A DNA stretch of 62,716 nucleotides, filler included, from Stramenopiles sp. TOSAG23-6 (GCA_900128565.1; 27 parts of 27 records of this genome joined end to end with filler, not necessarily neighbours in it), one strand, 5' to 3'; counted from the first letter of the whole stretch, positions 13,080 through 25,518 are shown. Program-made: numbers and translations. Notes: generated by a model from the letters alone, not told the origin.

Positions 13080-13932
13080 ATGACTGAGAATGATTCAGCA
13101 ACTGTGCTTCCCAAATTGAGTGTTACACTCATTACAGGATTTCTGGGATCTGGAAAGACCACGCTTCTTAATCGTATTCTTTCGGAAAATCATGGTAAAA
13201 AGTTTGCTGTGGTTGAAAACGAATTTGGCGAAGTTGGTATTGATGATGTTCTCGTAAAGCAAAAAATTCAACTTGAAGGGACTGATGAAAACAACATTTG
13301 TATGGAAATGAATAATGGCTGTATATGCTGTACAGTACGTGCGGATATGGCAAAGACATTAAATTCTTTGCTTGACCTGCATCGAAGTGGAAAAACATTG
13401 GACGGAATCATCATCGAGACAACAGGTATGGCTGACCCTGGTCCAGTTGTCCAAACGCTTTTTGTCGATGAAGGTATCAGTGATGGAATATACTTAGATG
13501 GTGTATTAACTGTAGTCGATGTCAAACATATAAAAAAACATCTTGATGAAAAGACTGGTGGTGAGGCAGTGAACCAGGTGGCATATGCTGATCGACTTCT
13601 ATTGAACAAAATCGACCTTGTGACAAAAGAAGAAGCCGATAGCGTCGAGGACCGAATCACCAAAATTAATGGTACAGCTCGTGTCATTCGTTGTACGCAT
13701 GCGAAGGTAGATATGGATGTGTTGTTGGGAATTCGAGCTTTTGAATTAAATCGTATCACCTCGATGGACCCAGCCTTCTTAAATGTCGATGATCACGATG
13801 AAACTTGCACTGAGGAAGACTGTGACCATGATCACCATGACCATAATCATACACACGGTCATAAGCATGATCATAAGCATGAAAAAGATGGTCACGATCA
13901 TAAACATGAAAAAGATGGTCACGATCATAAAC
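13080..13932 (+). CDS. CobW/COG0523 GTPase, redundant copy 2
   Basis: Identical to 10745-11597. Confidence 0.9.
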
Positions 13933-14108
13933 NNNNNNNNNNNNNNNNNNNNNNNNNNNNNNNNNNNNNNNNNNNNTTAATTAATTAANNNNNNNNNNNN
14001 NNNNNNNNNNNNNNNNNNNNNNNNNNNNNNNNTTGTTAGGTACGGAATTTTTTTACGAAAAAAAAACAAACAAAAAAAAATTAAATTAGACATTCATATA
14101 CAACGTAC

Positions 14109-15113
14109 ATTTCCTCCCATGGAATGGCCAATAAAATGAAGTGGTTTTGTTTCACACCATCCCGGATAATCACCGACTTCAATAGAACCAAATCGACTAT
14201 GTTTGCATCGTTTGGATTTCTCCTCTCCATAATCTACTTGACCTCCTTTGAGTTGATAAAAAAGTTCACACGCTCGATCATGATCAGATGACAACGGACC
14301 CAAACGTGATACAAAAACTCGCCGATCTAATAATTCTGCACCTGCCCAATAACTCGGCATCCATTGAGAATGTCCACGACCCCAACCACAAATACCATGA
14401 ACAAGAACAAAGGGACAATTATTTTCATTGGCCACGAAATCCGCGACATTTGCAAGACGTTCTTGGGAAAATGAACTTTGCATGGTTTGTATTCGAATAT
14501 TTGGATCTATTGCTGGCGTTGTCACAGCAGGACTAGAATGTACATTACTCGGTGGAGTATTCTGGGCATTCAATACCTGACCTGCAGCAACATCCCCTTG
14601 TAGAGTTGTGCCAGACGTTGCTAGGCTATGAACATTTCGTATACCTGATATTGTTGCTGCAATGGTAGCCTGTGTTGCAGTGGCAGCGACAGTAAATGGT
14701 ACAAAAATATCGGTAGGCTGAGGACGGCGAAGTTTTAGAAAGGCCTTTTCTGTTAGGACAATGAGCCAAATTGAAAGAGTTCTTAAAGACATCCAGCAAA
14801 AAGTAAAATGAAAAGCGATGCTTTCATGCAACAGAGGCCAAACAATATTTCGAAAAGGCCATAACCAGATACGAAAGCACAAAAAGTCGATACAAAACAG
14901 TATCTGTCGAGTAAAGAACCAAATGATGCGAAGCAAAATCCTCAAACTTGTTCCCTGTGTCAGCTCCCATAATTCGCCATAAGGGTCGAGATTTAGTTTA
15001 GGGAAACGTTCACCACTCCTACTACTGCATTCATCTTGCTCTGGTTGTGAGTTTTTATCAAAAGATACACGTCTCCTTCTCTTGACATCGTGCGCTGCAT
15101 TTTTTNAANACAT
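14109..15113 (-). CDS. Lipase, redundant copy 3
   Basis: Identical to 9439-10443. Confidence 0.85.
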
Positions 15114-15414
15114 CTCAAANAANTTAATCAAATTTTGGGTATGGTCTATACTGGCAAAGATAACGCAGAATCTATGGTTGTTATCCAATTCCAATGATCT
15201 CTCTCAAGTCTTGTTGCCAAGGTTATAGAACCTTGTTGTTGCCTTCCAAAGGACCATTTGCGGTTTTTTTGACCAGTCAAAAAACACGAAATACGTACTT
15301 ATATAATTGTGATCGTTGTTTTTTCTTCGTTTGACTTGACACATGCACAGTGGAGAGACGAATTCGGAATTCCTCCTCCTGTGTAGATCCGAGAGTAAGG
15401 TAGTACGTAACAAC

Positions 15415-16267
15415 ATGACTGAGAATGATTCAGCAACTGTGCTTCCCAAATTGAGTGTTACACTCATTACAGGATTTCTGGGATCTGGAAAGACCACGCT
15501 TCTTAATCGTATTCTTTCGGAAAATCATGGTAAAAAGTTTGCTGTGGTTGAAAACGAATTTGGCGAAGTTGGTATTGATGATGTTCTCGTAAAGCAAAAA
15601 ATTCAACTTGAAGGGACTGATGAAAACAACATTTGTATGGAAATGAATAATGGCTGTATATGCTGTACAGTACGTGCGGATATGGCAAAGACATTAAATT
15701 CTTTGCTTGACCTGCATCGAAGTGGAAAAACATTGGACGGAATCATCATCGAGACAACAGGTATGGCTGACCCTGGTCCAGTTGTCCAAACGCTTTTTGT
15801 CGATGAAGGTATCAGTGATGGAATATACTTAGATGGTGTATTAACTGTAGTCGATGTCAAACATATAAAAAAACATCTTGATGAAAAGACTGGTGGTGAG
15901 GCAGTGAACCAGGTGGCATATGCTGATCGACTTCTATTGAACAAAATCGACCTTGTGACAAAAGAAGAAGCCGATAGCGTCGAGGACCGAATCACCAAAA
16001 TTAATGGTACAGCTCGTGTCATTCGTTGTACGCATGCGAAGGTAGATATGGATGTGTTGTTGGGAATTCGAGCTTTTGAATTAAATCGTATCACCTCGAT
16101 GGACCCAGCCTTCTTAAATGTCGATGATCACGATGAAACTTGCACTGAGGAAGACTGTGACCATGATCACCATGACCATAATCATACACACGGTCATAAG
16201 CATGATCATAAGCATGAAAAAGATGGTCACGATCATAAACATGAAAAAGATGGTCACGATCATAAAC
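15415..16267 (+). CDS. CobW/COG0523 GTPase, redundant copy 3
   Basis: Identical to 10745-11597. Confidence 0.9.
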
Positions 16268-16443
16268 NNNNNNNNNNNNNNNNNNNNNNNNNNNNNNNNN
16301 NNNNNNNNNNNTTAATTAATTAANNNNNNNNNNNNNNNNNNNNNNNNNNNNNNNNNNNNNNNNNNNNTTGTTAGGTACGGAATTTTTTTACGAAAAAAAA
16401 ACAAACAAAAAAAAATTAAATTAGACATTCATATACAACGTAC

Positions 16444-17448
16444 ATTTCCTCCCATGGAATGGCCAATAAAATGAAGTGGTTTTGTTTCACACCATCCCGG
16501 ATAATCACCGACTTCAATAGAACCAAATCGACTATGTTTGCATCGTTTGGATTTCTCCTCTCCATAATCTACTTGACCTCCTTTGAGTTGATAAAAAAGT
16601 TCACACGCTCGATCATGATCAGATGACAACGGACCCAAACGTGATACAAAAACTCGCCGATCTAATAATTCTGCACCTGCCCAATAACTCGGCATCCATT
16701 GAGAATGTCCACGACCCCAACCACAAATACCATGAACAAGAACAAAGGGACAATTATTTTCATTGGCCACGAAATCCGCGACATTTGCAAGACGTTCTTG
16801 GGAAAATGAACTTTGCATGGTTTGTATTCGAATATTTGGATCTATTGCTGGCGTTGTCACAGCAGGACTAGAATGTACATTACTCGGTGGAGTATTCTGG
16901 GCATTCAATACCTGACCTGCAGCAACATCCCCTTGTAGAGTTGTGCCAGACGTTGCTAGGCTATGAACATTTCGTATACCTGATATTGTTGCTGCAATGG
17001 TAGCCTGTGTTGCAGTGGCAGCGACAGTAAATGGTACAAAAATATCGGTAGGCTGAGGACGGCGAAGTTTTAGAAAGGCCTTTTCTGTTAGGACAATGAG
17101 CCAAATTGAAAGAGTTCTTAAAGACATCCAGCAAAAAGTAAAATGAAAAGCGATGCTTTCATGCAACAGAGGCCAAACAATATTTCGAAAAGGCCATAAC
17201 CAGATACGAAAGCACAAAAAGTCGATACAAAACAGTATCTGTCGAGTAAAGAACCAAATGATGCGAAGCAAAATCCTCAAACTTGTTCCCTGTGTCAGCT
17301 CCCATAATTCGCCATAAGGGTCGAGATTTAGTTTAGGGAAACGTTCACCACTCCTACTACTGCATTCATCTTGCTCTGGTTGTGAGTTTTTATCAAAAGA
17401 TACACGTCTCCTTCTCTTGACATCGTGCGCTGCATTTTTTNAANACAT
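16444..17448 (-). CDS. Lipase, redundant copy 4
   Basis: Identical to 9439-10443. Confidence 0.85.
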
Positions 17449-17749
17449 CTCAAANAANTTAATCAAATTTTGGGTATGGTCTATACTGGCAAAGATAACG
17501 CAGAATCTATGGTTGTTATCCAATTCCAATGATCTCTCTCAAGTCTTGTTGCCAAGGTTATAGAACCTTGTTGTTGCCTTCCAAAGGACCATTTGCGGTT
17601 TTTTTGACCAGTCAAAAAACACGAAATACGTACTTATATAATTGTGATCGTTGTTTTTTCTTCGTTTGACTTGACACATGCACAGTGGAGAGACGAATTC
17701 GGAATTCCTCCTCCTGTGTAGATCCGAGAGTAAGGTAGTACGTAACAAC

Positions 17750-18602
17750 ATGACTGAGAATGATTCAGCAACTGTGCTTCCCAAATTGAGTGTTACACTC
17801 ATTACAGGATTTCTGGGATCTGGAAAGACCACGCTTCTTAATCGTATTCTTTCGGAAAATCATGGTAAAAAGTTTGCTGTGGTTGAAAACGAATTTGGCG
17901 AAGTTGGTATTGATGATGTTCTCGTAAAGCAAAAAATTCAACTTGAAGGGACTGATGAAAACAACATTTGTATGGAAATGAATAATGGCTGTATATGCTG
18001 TACAGTACGTGCGGATATGGCAAAGACATTAAATTCTTTGCTTGACCTGCATCGAAGTGGAAAAACATTGGACGGAATCATCATCGAGACAACAGGTATG
18101 GCTGACCCTGGTCCAGTTGTCCAAACGCTTTTTGTCGATGAAGGTATCAGTGATGGAATATACTTAGATGGTGTATTAACTGTAGTCGATGTCAAACATA
18201 TAAAAAAACATCTTGATGAAAAGACTGGTGGTGAGGCAGTGAACCAGGTGGCATATGCTGATCGACTTCTATTGAACAAAATCGACCTTGTGACAAAAGA
18301 AGAAGCCGATAGCGTCGAGGACCGAATCACCAAAATTAATGGTACAGCTCGTGTCATTCGTTGTACGCATGCGAAGGTAGATATGGATGTGTTGTTGGGA
18401 ATTCGAGCTTTTGAATTAAATCGTATCACCTCGATGGACCCAGCCTTCTTAAATGTCGATGATCACGATGAAACTTGCACTGAGGAAGACTGTGACCATG
18501 ATCACCATGACCATAATCATACACACGGTCATAAGCATGATCATAAGCATGAAAAAGATGGTCACGATCATAAACATGAAAAAGATGGTCACGATCATAA
18601 AC
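17750..18602 (+). CDS. CobW/COG0523 GTPase, redundant copy 4
   Basis: Identical to 10745-11597. Confidence 0.9.
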
Positions 18603-18702
18603 NNNNNNNNNNNNNNNNNNNNNNNNNNNNNNNNNNNNNNNNNNNNTTAATTAATTAANNNNNNNNNNNNNNNNNNNNNNNNNNNNNNNNNNNNNNNNNN
18701 NN

Positions 18703-19673
18703 GAAGGTCCAGTTGAGGGGTGTATTGGTTTTCATTGCGATGGTGGGCATGTAGGTTTTTTTTTTTTTTTTTCATAGAAAATTTTGTGCCTACACAAAAA
18801 ATATTTTTTTTTTTTCATAGAAAATTTTGTAACTACCAATTTTTTTGACTATTAATTTTTCCAAATTTCATATATTTTTTCAAAATACATGCTACCCAGA
18901 CTGTTCAAATATGTTTAAATGATGAATCTGAATATGTTGGAGGTAGGTTAGTGTTTTACACTAAAGGTAAGTTACCTCTATATATTATGAATTTTAATTT
19001 TTTGTAAAAAAAAAAAAATTTATAACCCTAACCCTAACAAAAAAAATAAATTAATTTTCGAAATATTTTTGACACGAAATGAAAGTTAAATATACCAAGA
19101 CGTCCAGAAGGAACACTTACTAGACACGACAAAGATATTCTTCATGCAGTGACTAGACTCTACAAAGGTGTGCGTTACAGTCTTTTTGTTGTGGATTTTG
19201 ATAATGGATTGGGTGAGAAAGGTGTATGTATTATTTTTTTTTCAATTTTTTTTTTCGTACGAAATTTCGTACCTAACAAATTTTACGAAAAAAAAAAAAA
19301 AAGTTAACAACACATGTGCTTTCATTGTCTGATTTAGAATTTAGTCGAATTTTGAAAACTATTGATGTAGGGTTAGGGTTAGGGTTAGGTCAAAGTAATA
19401 GTCGTACAACTACTGATGAGATAACCATTATTCAAATGTTAGATAAAATAAGAAAAGAATTTGGAATTGATTTAGATGTTGGTTTTACTTTTTTTTAAAT
19501 TCGAATTTTTTTTTCATACGAAATTTTGTACCTAACAATTTTTTTTTTTTTTTTTGAAATATTTTCTAAAAATACATTTAGCTGCAGCAGGGAAAATGCG
19601 ATGGGAAGAAAGTCATCCAAGGATATTTGAAGGATGTATAAAACCAACTCAGCCTCCACGATGGGATTTTTAA
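18703..19673 (+). CDS. 2OG-Fe(II) oxygenase (prolyl-hydroxylase-like), multi-exon, partial
   Basis: IGFHCD, LNDESEYVGGRLVF, ILHAVTRLYKGVRYSL; joined by GT-AT introns including 18967-19080; 3' end approximate. Confidence 0.8.
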
Positions 19674-19943
19674 AAAAATATACGACTTTTCAACATAATT
19701 TAAATAAAGGAATTTCTTTTGACAGGATGGTGACTTTCAATTAAATCAATGTTACTACAATATTTTGGTTTATACATATTCATTGTAATCATATTCATTT
19801 TTTTTTCTTTTTATATTTTTACTAATAATTTTTTTAAAAGTTAACGGTTGCAAACGGTCACACAATTTTTTGGGTAATATCTTGGCTTGTTACACGTGAC
19901 CTGCGTAATGGAATAGCCCCGCCTGACTATTACTTGATTAAAT

Positions 19944-20546
19944 ATGTCATCATGTCCTAATTCAAAATGTAAATGTGAGAAGTGTACGTGTGGAGATGCA
20001 TGTACGTGCGGAATATCAATGGAAGTTGTATGTGATCCATGTATAGCTTTCAAGAAATCCCTGACTAATTCATCAACAAAGTCTAATGGTCTGACGACTC
20101 AAGAAATCCCCACTTTGTTACATCGCGTCTTGCTTGCCATAGATGAAGGCAATTCTGTAGATTTCGCGCAATGTTTCGCAAAAAATGGAATATGCGATGT
20201 GCTTCTCATAGGATCTCGAACTACGGGCTCTAAAGCTTTAGAAATTCTTGGTAGTAAGTTATCCTCCAGGTTCAAAGGAATGAGACACTGGGAAGGAAAC
20301 GTGTGTGTTCAAATGCATACAACAGATAAAGGTGATCAGCATTTTATTAATCGTTCATATTGGAAAGCACTTTCAGGAAATACAATTGTGTCGACTGGAA
20401 TACATGTCGATCGCTTGGTAAAAGACAATACAGGAAATTTTGTCATAGCTCACAGAGTGATTGGACACACGTATTCAAACTGCAAGGTCGTTGATCCTGG
20501 CTCCATGTCAACTATGTTGAGTACTGTTATGTCCACAGCTTTGTAA
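19944..20546 (+). CDS. SnoaL/NTF2-like protein with N-terminal metallothionein-like Cys-rich segment
   Basis: MSSCPNSKCKCEKCTCGDACTCG..CDPC followed by LLAIDEG..FAQCFAKNG..MRHWEGN..GIHVDRLVK..FVIAHR; intronless. Confidence 0.75.
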   Translation: MSSCPNSKCKCEKCTCGDACTCGISMEVVCDPCIAFKKSLTNSSTKSNGLTTQEIPTLLHRVLLAIDEGNSVDFAQCFAKNGICDVLLIGSRTTGSKALEILGSKLSSRFKGMRHWEGNVCVQMHTTDKGDQHFINRSYWKALSGNTIVSTGIHVDRLVKDNTGNFVIAHRVIGHTYSNCKVVDPGSMSTMLSTVMSTAL

Positions 20547-20697
20547 TATTAGTATATAAAAGTGAATAAAGTAAATATGCATATTTTATATATAATAGTA
20601 ATAATAATGATCAACTCTCAAGTAAATCTGTACTTTTGTACTTTTTACATTCAGGATTGAAATTATATCATACTCTTTCATTTGTTTCGAGTTATGT

Positions 20698-20936
20698 TCA
20701 TAGTTTCACTGGGACATCATCACCACTTTCTTCATTTCCAGGTTTACCTGAATTCACTGCTTGTGTTGATGTATCATTATTGAGACCTGGAATATCTCCG
20801 GATGGTGATTTTCCTTTTGGCTCTTTATCATTTACATTTGGCACAACTGCTGTTGTACCATTGGTTGCTTCGGGTTTATCTCCAGATGGTGATTTTCCTT
20901 TTGGCTCTTTATAATTTTCATTTGGCACAACTGCTA
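20698..20936 (-). CDS. Repeat-containing C-terminal fragment (KEPKGKSPSGD x2)
   Basis: Open frame running from the contig end, with internal repeat. Confidence 0.45.
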
Positions 20937-21043
20937 NNNNNNNNNNNNNNNNNNNNNNNNNNNNNNNNNNNNNNNNNNNNTTAATTAATTAANNNNNNNN
21001 NNNNNNNNNNNNNNNNNNNNNNNNNNNNNNNNNNNNACATATT

Positions 21044-21086
<43 letters not shown>

Positions 21087-21116
21087 AAAAAAATTTTTTT
21101 TTTATAAAAAAAATTT

Positions 21117-21152
<36 letters not shown>

Positions 21153-21229
21153 CATACGAAATTTTTTTCCTAACAATTTTTTTTTTTTTTTGAAATATTT
21201 TTCCTCTGTATTTCGATTTTTTTTTGATG

Positions 21230-21435
21230 TTTCTCATTAGGGTTAGGGTTAGGGTTATTTTGACTTTTTTTATTTTCTTTCCAATACGAAATACAAATAT
21301 TCATCATTGTATATGATGGAAAAAAAACTAACATCCCATCAGGTACTATTCTTGAAAAATTTACAATAGTATTTCCCAATTCATTGAGATATTTTGGATC
21401 TTTTCTATGTTTATAATCACATTTTAATTGATTAT
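21230..21435 (-). CDS. RTEL1/XPD-family helicase exon
   Basis: YLNELGNTIVNFSRIVPDGMLVFFPSYTMM. Confidence 0.8.
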
Positions 21436-21570
21436 TTATTGTGAAAAAATATTTTAAATTTTTTTTTTTTGTTAGGTACAAAATTTCATACTTATAAAAA
21501 AAATTTAAATTTTTTTTTTTTTTTTTTTTTTTTTGTTAGGTATACAATTTCGTATAAAAAAAAACCTACT

Positions 21571-21880
21571 TCATCCAAGACAATCAATTGAAAGTTTTGT
21601 TTTTTTAAATATTTTCTATCTTTGACAGACACTTCCGATTGAGTGGCGAATAAACCATACGAACAAATAACAACATCAGCATATATTTTGGAAAAATATT
21701 TCAAATTTTTTTTTGAAAATTTGTTAGGTACAAAATTTCGTACGAAAAAAAAAATTCGATTTTTTTGTTTAAAAAAAAAAATAAAACATACATGGCATAA
21801 TTGCCTACGTCTTTCGGAGCGTTCATTGATACTTCCATGTAATAAAATGACACGTAATGATGGACATATTGTACCGAAAC
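21571..21880 (-). CDS. SNF2-family ATPase (SMARCAD1/Fun30-like), two exons
   Basis: CPSLRVILLHGSINERSERR and DVVICSYGLF..DRKYLKKQNFQLIVLDE (Walker B). Confidence 0.7.
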
Positions 21881-22054
21881 ATATTTAAAAAATTAAAAAA
21901 AAATCATTAGGTACAAAATTATCTAAAAAAAAAAAAAAAAAAAAAAAATGTTTTAGTTTATGGAAAAACTTTTTATATGAAAAAAAAGTTGAAAAAAAAA
22001 AAAATTTTGAAAAAAATTTCTATATGAAAAAAAAATTTGAAAAAAAAAACGTAC

Positions 22055-23147
22055 ATTTTCATCATTTGCCATTGAAAGAGCCCTTTGGAAGCAACCTAAT
22101 GACATATCATATTGAGCTGCATAAAAACAACATAGACCTAAATTATTCCAAATTTCTGCGTTATTTCTGTATTGTGAAGATATAAATTTAAAAAAAAAAA
22201 AAAAATCATTAGGAATAAATTTTCGTACCAAAAAAAAAAAAAAAAAAAAAAAAAAATTAGGTATAAAAAAAATGTACACATTCATTTGTACCAAACGTCT
22301 ATAGTAAAAAAGTGCAACTTCAGGTTGATCTGAATAAAAATGATTGGTTGCAAGACATGAAATAGATTCAATACATGCAGCATAAATTGTGAAAAAATAT
22401 TGGAGAAAAAGTCTAAAAAAAATTGTTAGGTACAGAATTTCGTACGAAATTGTTTTTTTTTGAAATGTATCATGGAAACAAACATCAACGCGTAGAATTT
22501 GTTTGTATAAAATTGTTGATTGTTCAGTATTTTGCAACATATCTAAAATTCGAGCTTTTGCACGCAGAATTGAAACATTTCCTGGATATTTGTTTAAATA
22601 GTCGGTATATATTTTTAATGCAGAATTTGGTTGGTCCATTTTCAGAAATATATTTTTGGAAAATATTTCAAAATTTTTTTTAAAAAAAATGTTAGGTACA
22701 AAATTTCGTACAAAAAAAAAATTTCAAAAATTTCAAAATTTTTTTTTAAATTGTTAGGTACAACATTTCGTACGAAACCAAAAAAAAAATTATGAATGAC
22801 AAACACATACAAACTTTGGCCAAATCTAATATAATTATTGTCATATTTTGTTGTTTTTGTGCGCTCATAAATTGTTTCTCGGCATCTCTGTACAAACCTA
22901 ATCTATAATAACATTTTCCTAGTCGGTGTTTCCAAAACCAATCTGTTTACTTTGAAAAAATATTTCAAAAAAAATTTTCCGTAAAAAAAAAAATTGTTAG
23001 GTACAAAATTTCGTATGAAAAAAAAAAAGTCGATTTTTTTTTTTCGGTTAAAAAAAAAATAAATAAAACATACGCATATTTATTGACTTCAGTTGCAGCA
23101 GCAGCGAGTTCAAGTGCTTTTTTAGGATTATTATCATGGTAGAGTAA
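22055..23147 (-). CDS. TTC8: BBSome subunit BBS8/TTC8 (TPR), internal exons
   Basis: DWFWKHRLGKCYYRLGL, LAKVFLKMDQP, NHFYSDQPEVALFYYRRLVQM, NNLGLCCFYAAQYDMSL; introns 22945-23073, 22648-22810, 22382-22483, 22167-22277. Confidence 0.93.
22945..23073 (-). other. GT-AC intron
   Basis: TAT GC|GTATGT...AAAGTAAAC|A GAT TGG gives Y-A-D-W; the AG two nt further on is out of frame. Confidence 0.75.
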
Positions 23148-23380
23148 ATGTATTGTAAAAATAAAATTTTTGAAAAAAGAAAAAAGTCGTTAGATAAAAA
23201 AAAACTTTTACAAAAAAAAAAAAAAAAAAAATTTTTGTTTAGGGAAAAAATTTCGTACGAAAAAAAAANNNNNNNNNNNNNNNNNNNNNNNNNNNNNNNN
23301 NNNNNNNNNNNNTTAATTAATTAANNNNNNNNNNNNNNNNNNNNNNNNNNNNNNNNNNNNNNNNNNNNTCAACGGAATTC

Positions 23381-23416
<36 letters not shown>

Positions 23417-23504
23417 CCTTTTTTTTTTTTTTTTTTTTTTTAATGTTGAAAATTTTATACCTAACGACTTTTTTACAAAAAAAAAACTATTTTTTACCAT
23501 ACAT

Positions 23505-23620
23505 GGATGCCATTAGCTTGGTCCGAAGCAAATAATGGTGAAGGTCTTCAGACGGGACCTTGGCTTCGAATGTTTCAAAATGCACGAAAATGGTGTGAAA
23601 ATATCAATGCAACTTCTTGA
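23505..23620 (+). CDS. PFAS: FGAM synthase (PurL/PFAS) last exon
   Basis: GPWLRMFQNARKW then stop, matching the PurL C-terminal motif; preceded by an intron ending in TACAT. Confidence 0.75.
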
Positions 23621-23983
23621 AGCTCTTGACAATACCACTCACGTAGCAAATTTGTATACAAAACAAAAAAAAACAAAAAAAAACAAAAAAAAATTAAGTA
23701 ATTTCAAATTTTGATACGTATTTTTTATAATAAAACAAATTTGTTTTTTTAGTCAATACTGTGTCAAAGCTCAAACACTTTAATAATTTAGTACGTTTGC
23801 CTTGGAATTGAGCCAAAATTTTATTTTTGACAAGTCCAGATTTTTCACGCAAAAACAGGTTTGTCAACAGATTTTTGATGATCTTTTCGATTTTTTTTTT
23901 TCAAAATTTGAGATACGACGACGAGACGAGTGACGTATCTTCTTCTTTGTTTTGGATACTATTTTTTGTTCATTTTTCTTACA

Positions 23984-25518
23984 ATGCCAAAGAGAAAACA
24001 CCCTTCTAATGAAAAAGACACAGAAACAAAAACACCGGCAGAGTTTTTTGCCGAGAATCAGCAAATTGCTGGATTTGACAATGATGGAAAAAGTATGTAT
24101 ACGACACTTCGAGAGCTTATTGAAAATGCACTCGACGCGAGTGAATCCATTTCTCAGTTACCACAGATACAAATTTCAATTCAAGAAATTGAAGCGAGTA
24201 GTCTTAGTCTACTTCATGGTTTAGAGCCTCATCTTCGTGGTGATAAAACGTTGTATGAAGATACAAGAAAAAATCAAAAGAAAAAAAGAAAGAAAAATAT
24301 CGTGTCAAGTAGTAAGTCTTCACAGAAATTGGGACAACAACAACAACAACAAGGAAAAGTTAAAACGCTGGGCGCAAATTTATACAAGATTACAGTGTGT
24401 GATAATGGATGCGGCATGCAACACGAAAAAATACCAAATTTACTTGGGCGTGTGTTGAGTGGTTCAAAATATGGTGTACGACAAACACGTGGTAAATTTG
24501 GTTTAGGTGCAAAAATGGCACTAATTTGGAGCATGAAGAGTACAGGCTTACCTATCACTGTATTTTCTGCTCAATGTAAAGGTGAAAAAAACAATACGCC
24601 TGATTTTGTATCATTTGTAAAATTAGAAATTGATTTACAGAAAAATTGTCCAATTATTCATAATCATGATAAGTTGTCATTTCCATTGCCTTCCAATATT
24701 TGTGTTGGTAGCAATAATGTACCTTCAAAGCCGATATTTTTAAACGGTAGAGGAACAGAAATTACTATGATTATTCGAGGAAATTGGCGAACGTATCAAG
24801 GACGTATTAAATCGTACTTGCAACAATTGGCAGTGATTACACCTTATGCTGATATTAGTTTACGATATATTTCAAATAAAAAATCTTCTGGAGGTATAAA
24901 AAATCTAGTCATGGGTAAAGGAATTACTACTATAGTAAATACTACTAAACACACGAATGTAAAAGGTGAAGTTCCTAATACAGAAAACACTGCAGCTAAA
25001 CCGAATCTAGCTGTAAAAAGTAAAGTACATAGTGATGTAAATAGTAAAGTAAGCAACCTCCCTACAATTCCTTTACAGTTAACATTCAAACGTATGTTTT
25101 ATTTTTTTTAATTTTGATTTTTTTTTCGTACGAAATTTTGTACCTAACGAATTTTTTTTGAAATATTTTTCCAAAATACATGACGGTCTAAAAGAATGCC
25201 TTTACCACCAAGAGATTCATTACCCCATCCTTCTGCAATTGACAATATTTCTCTCAAACATTTATTGAGGGAATGTTCTTCGTCAATGACATTAGAAACA
25301 ATATTTTCTACAAAGCTTTGTTGTATATCAAAACAATTAGCAAATCGAATCACTAATGAATTAGGAGAGAGATTTATAAATATGAAAAAATGTAATGAAA
25401 TGTCATCTGCAGATATTCAATATATTGTTCAACTACTTCACGCCGCAAGGTCAATTCCACAACCAAATCCAGATTGTCTCTCTCCAGCAAATGCATACAA
25501 TTTGAGACTGGGAATCAT
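23984..25518 (+). CDS. TOP6B: DNA topoisomerase VI subunit B (exons 23984-25091, 25182-25518; partial)
   Basis: PAEFFAENQQIAGFDN, RELIENALDA, DNGCGM, GSKYGVRQTRGKFGLGAKMAL, QLAVITPYA, LSPANAYNLRLGI. Confidence 0.95.
25092..25181 (+). other. GT-AT intron (90 nt)
   Basis: TTC AAA C|GTATGT...CCAAAATACAT|GA CGG TCT gives FKRRSKRMP; the AT-AC shift gives TGA and the next AG is out of frame. Confidence 0.9.

Larger units (their letters stand above)
9363..18602. repeat. Same 2235-bp contig present four times (assembly redundancy)
   Basis: Period 2335 including the spacer; same ends and nearly the same ambiguous N positions. Confidence 0.95.

Noticed and set aside
9363-18602. Fourfold tandem amplification of a lipase-CobW cassette
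   Set aside because: Copies are separated by artificial spacers and share ends and ambiguous bases, so they are redundant contigs
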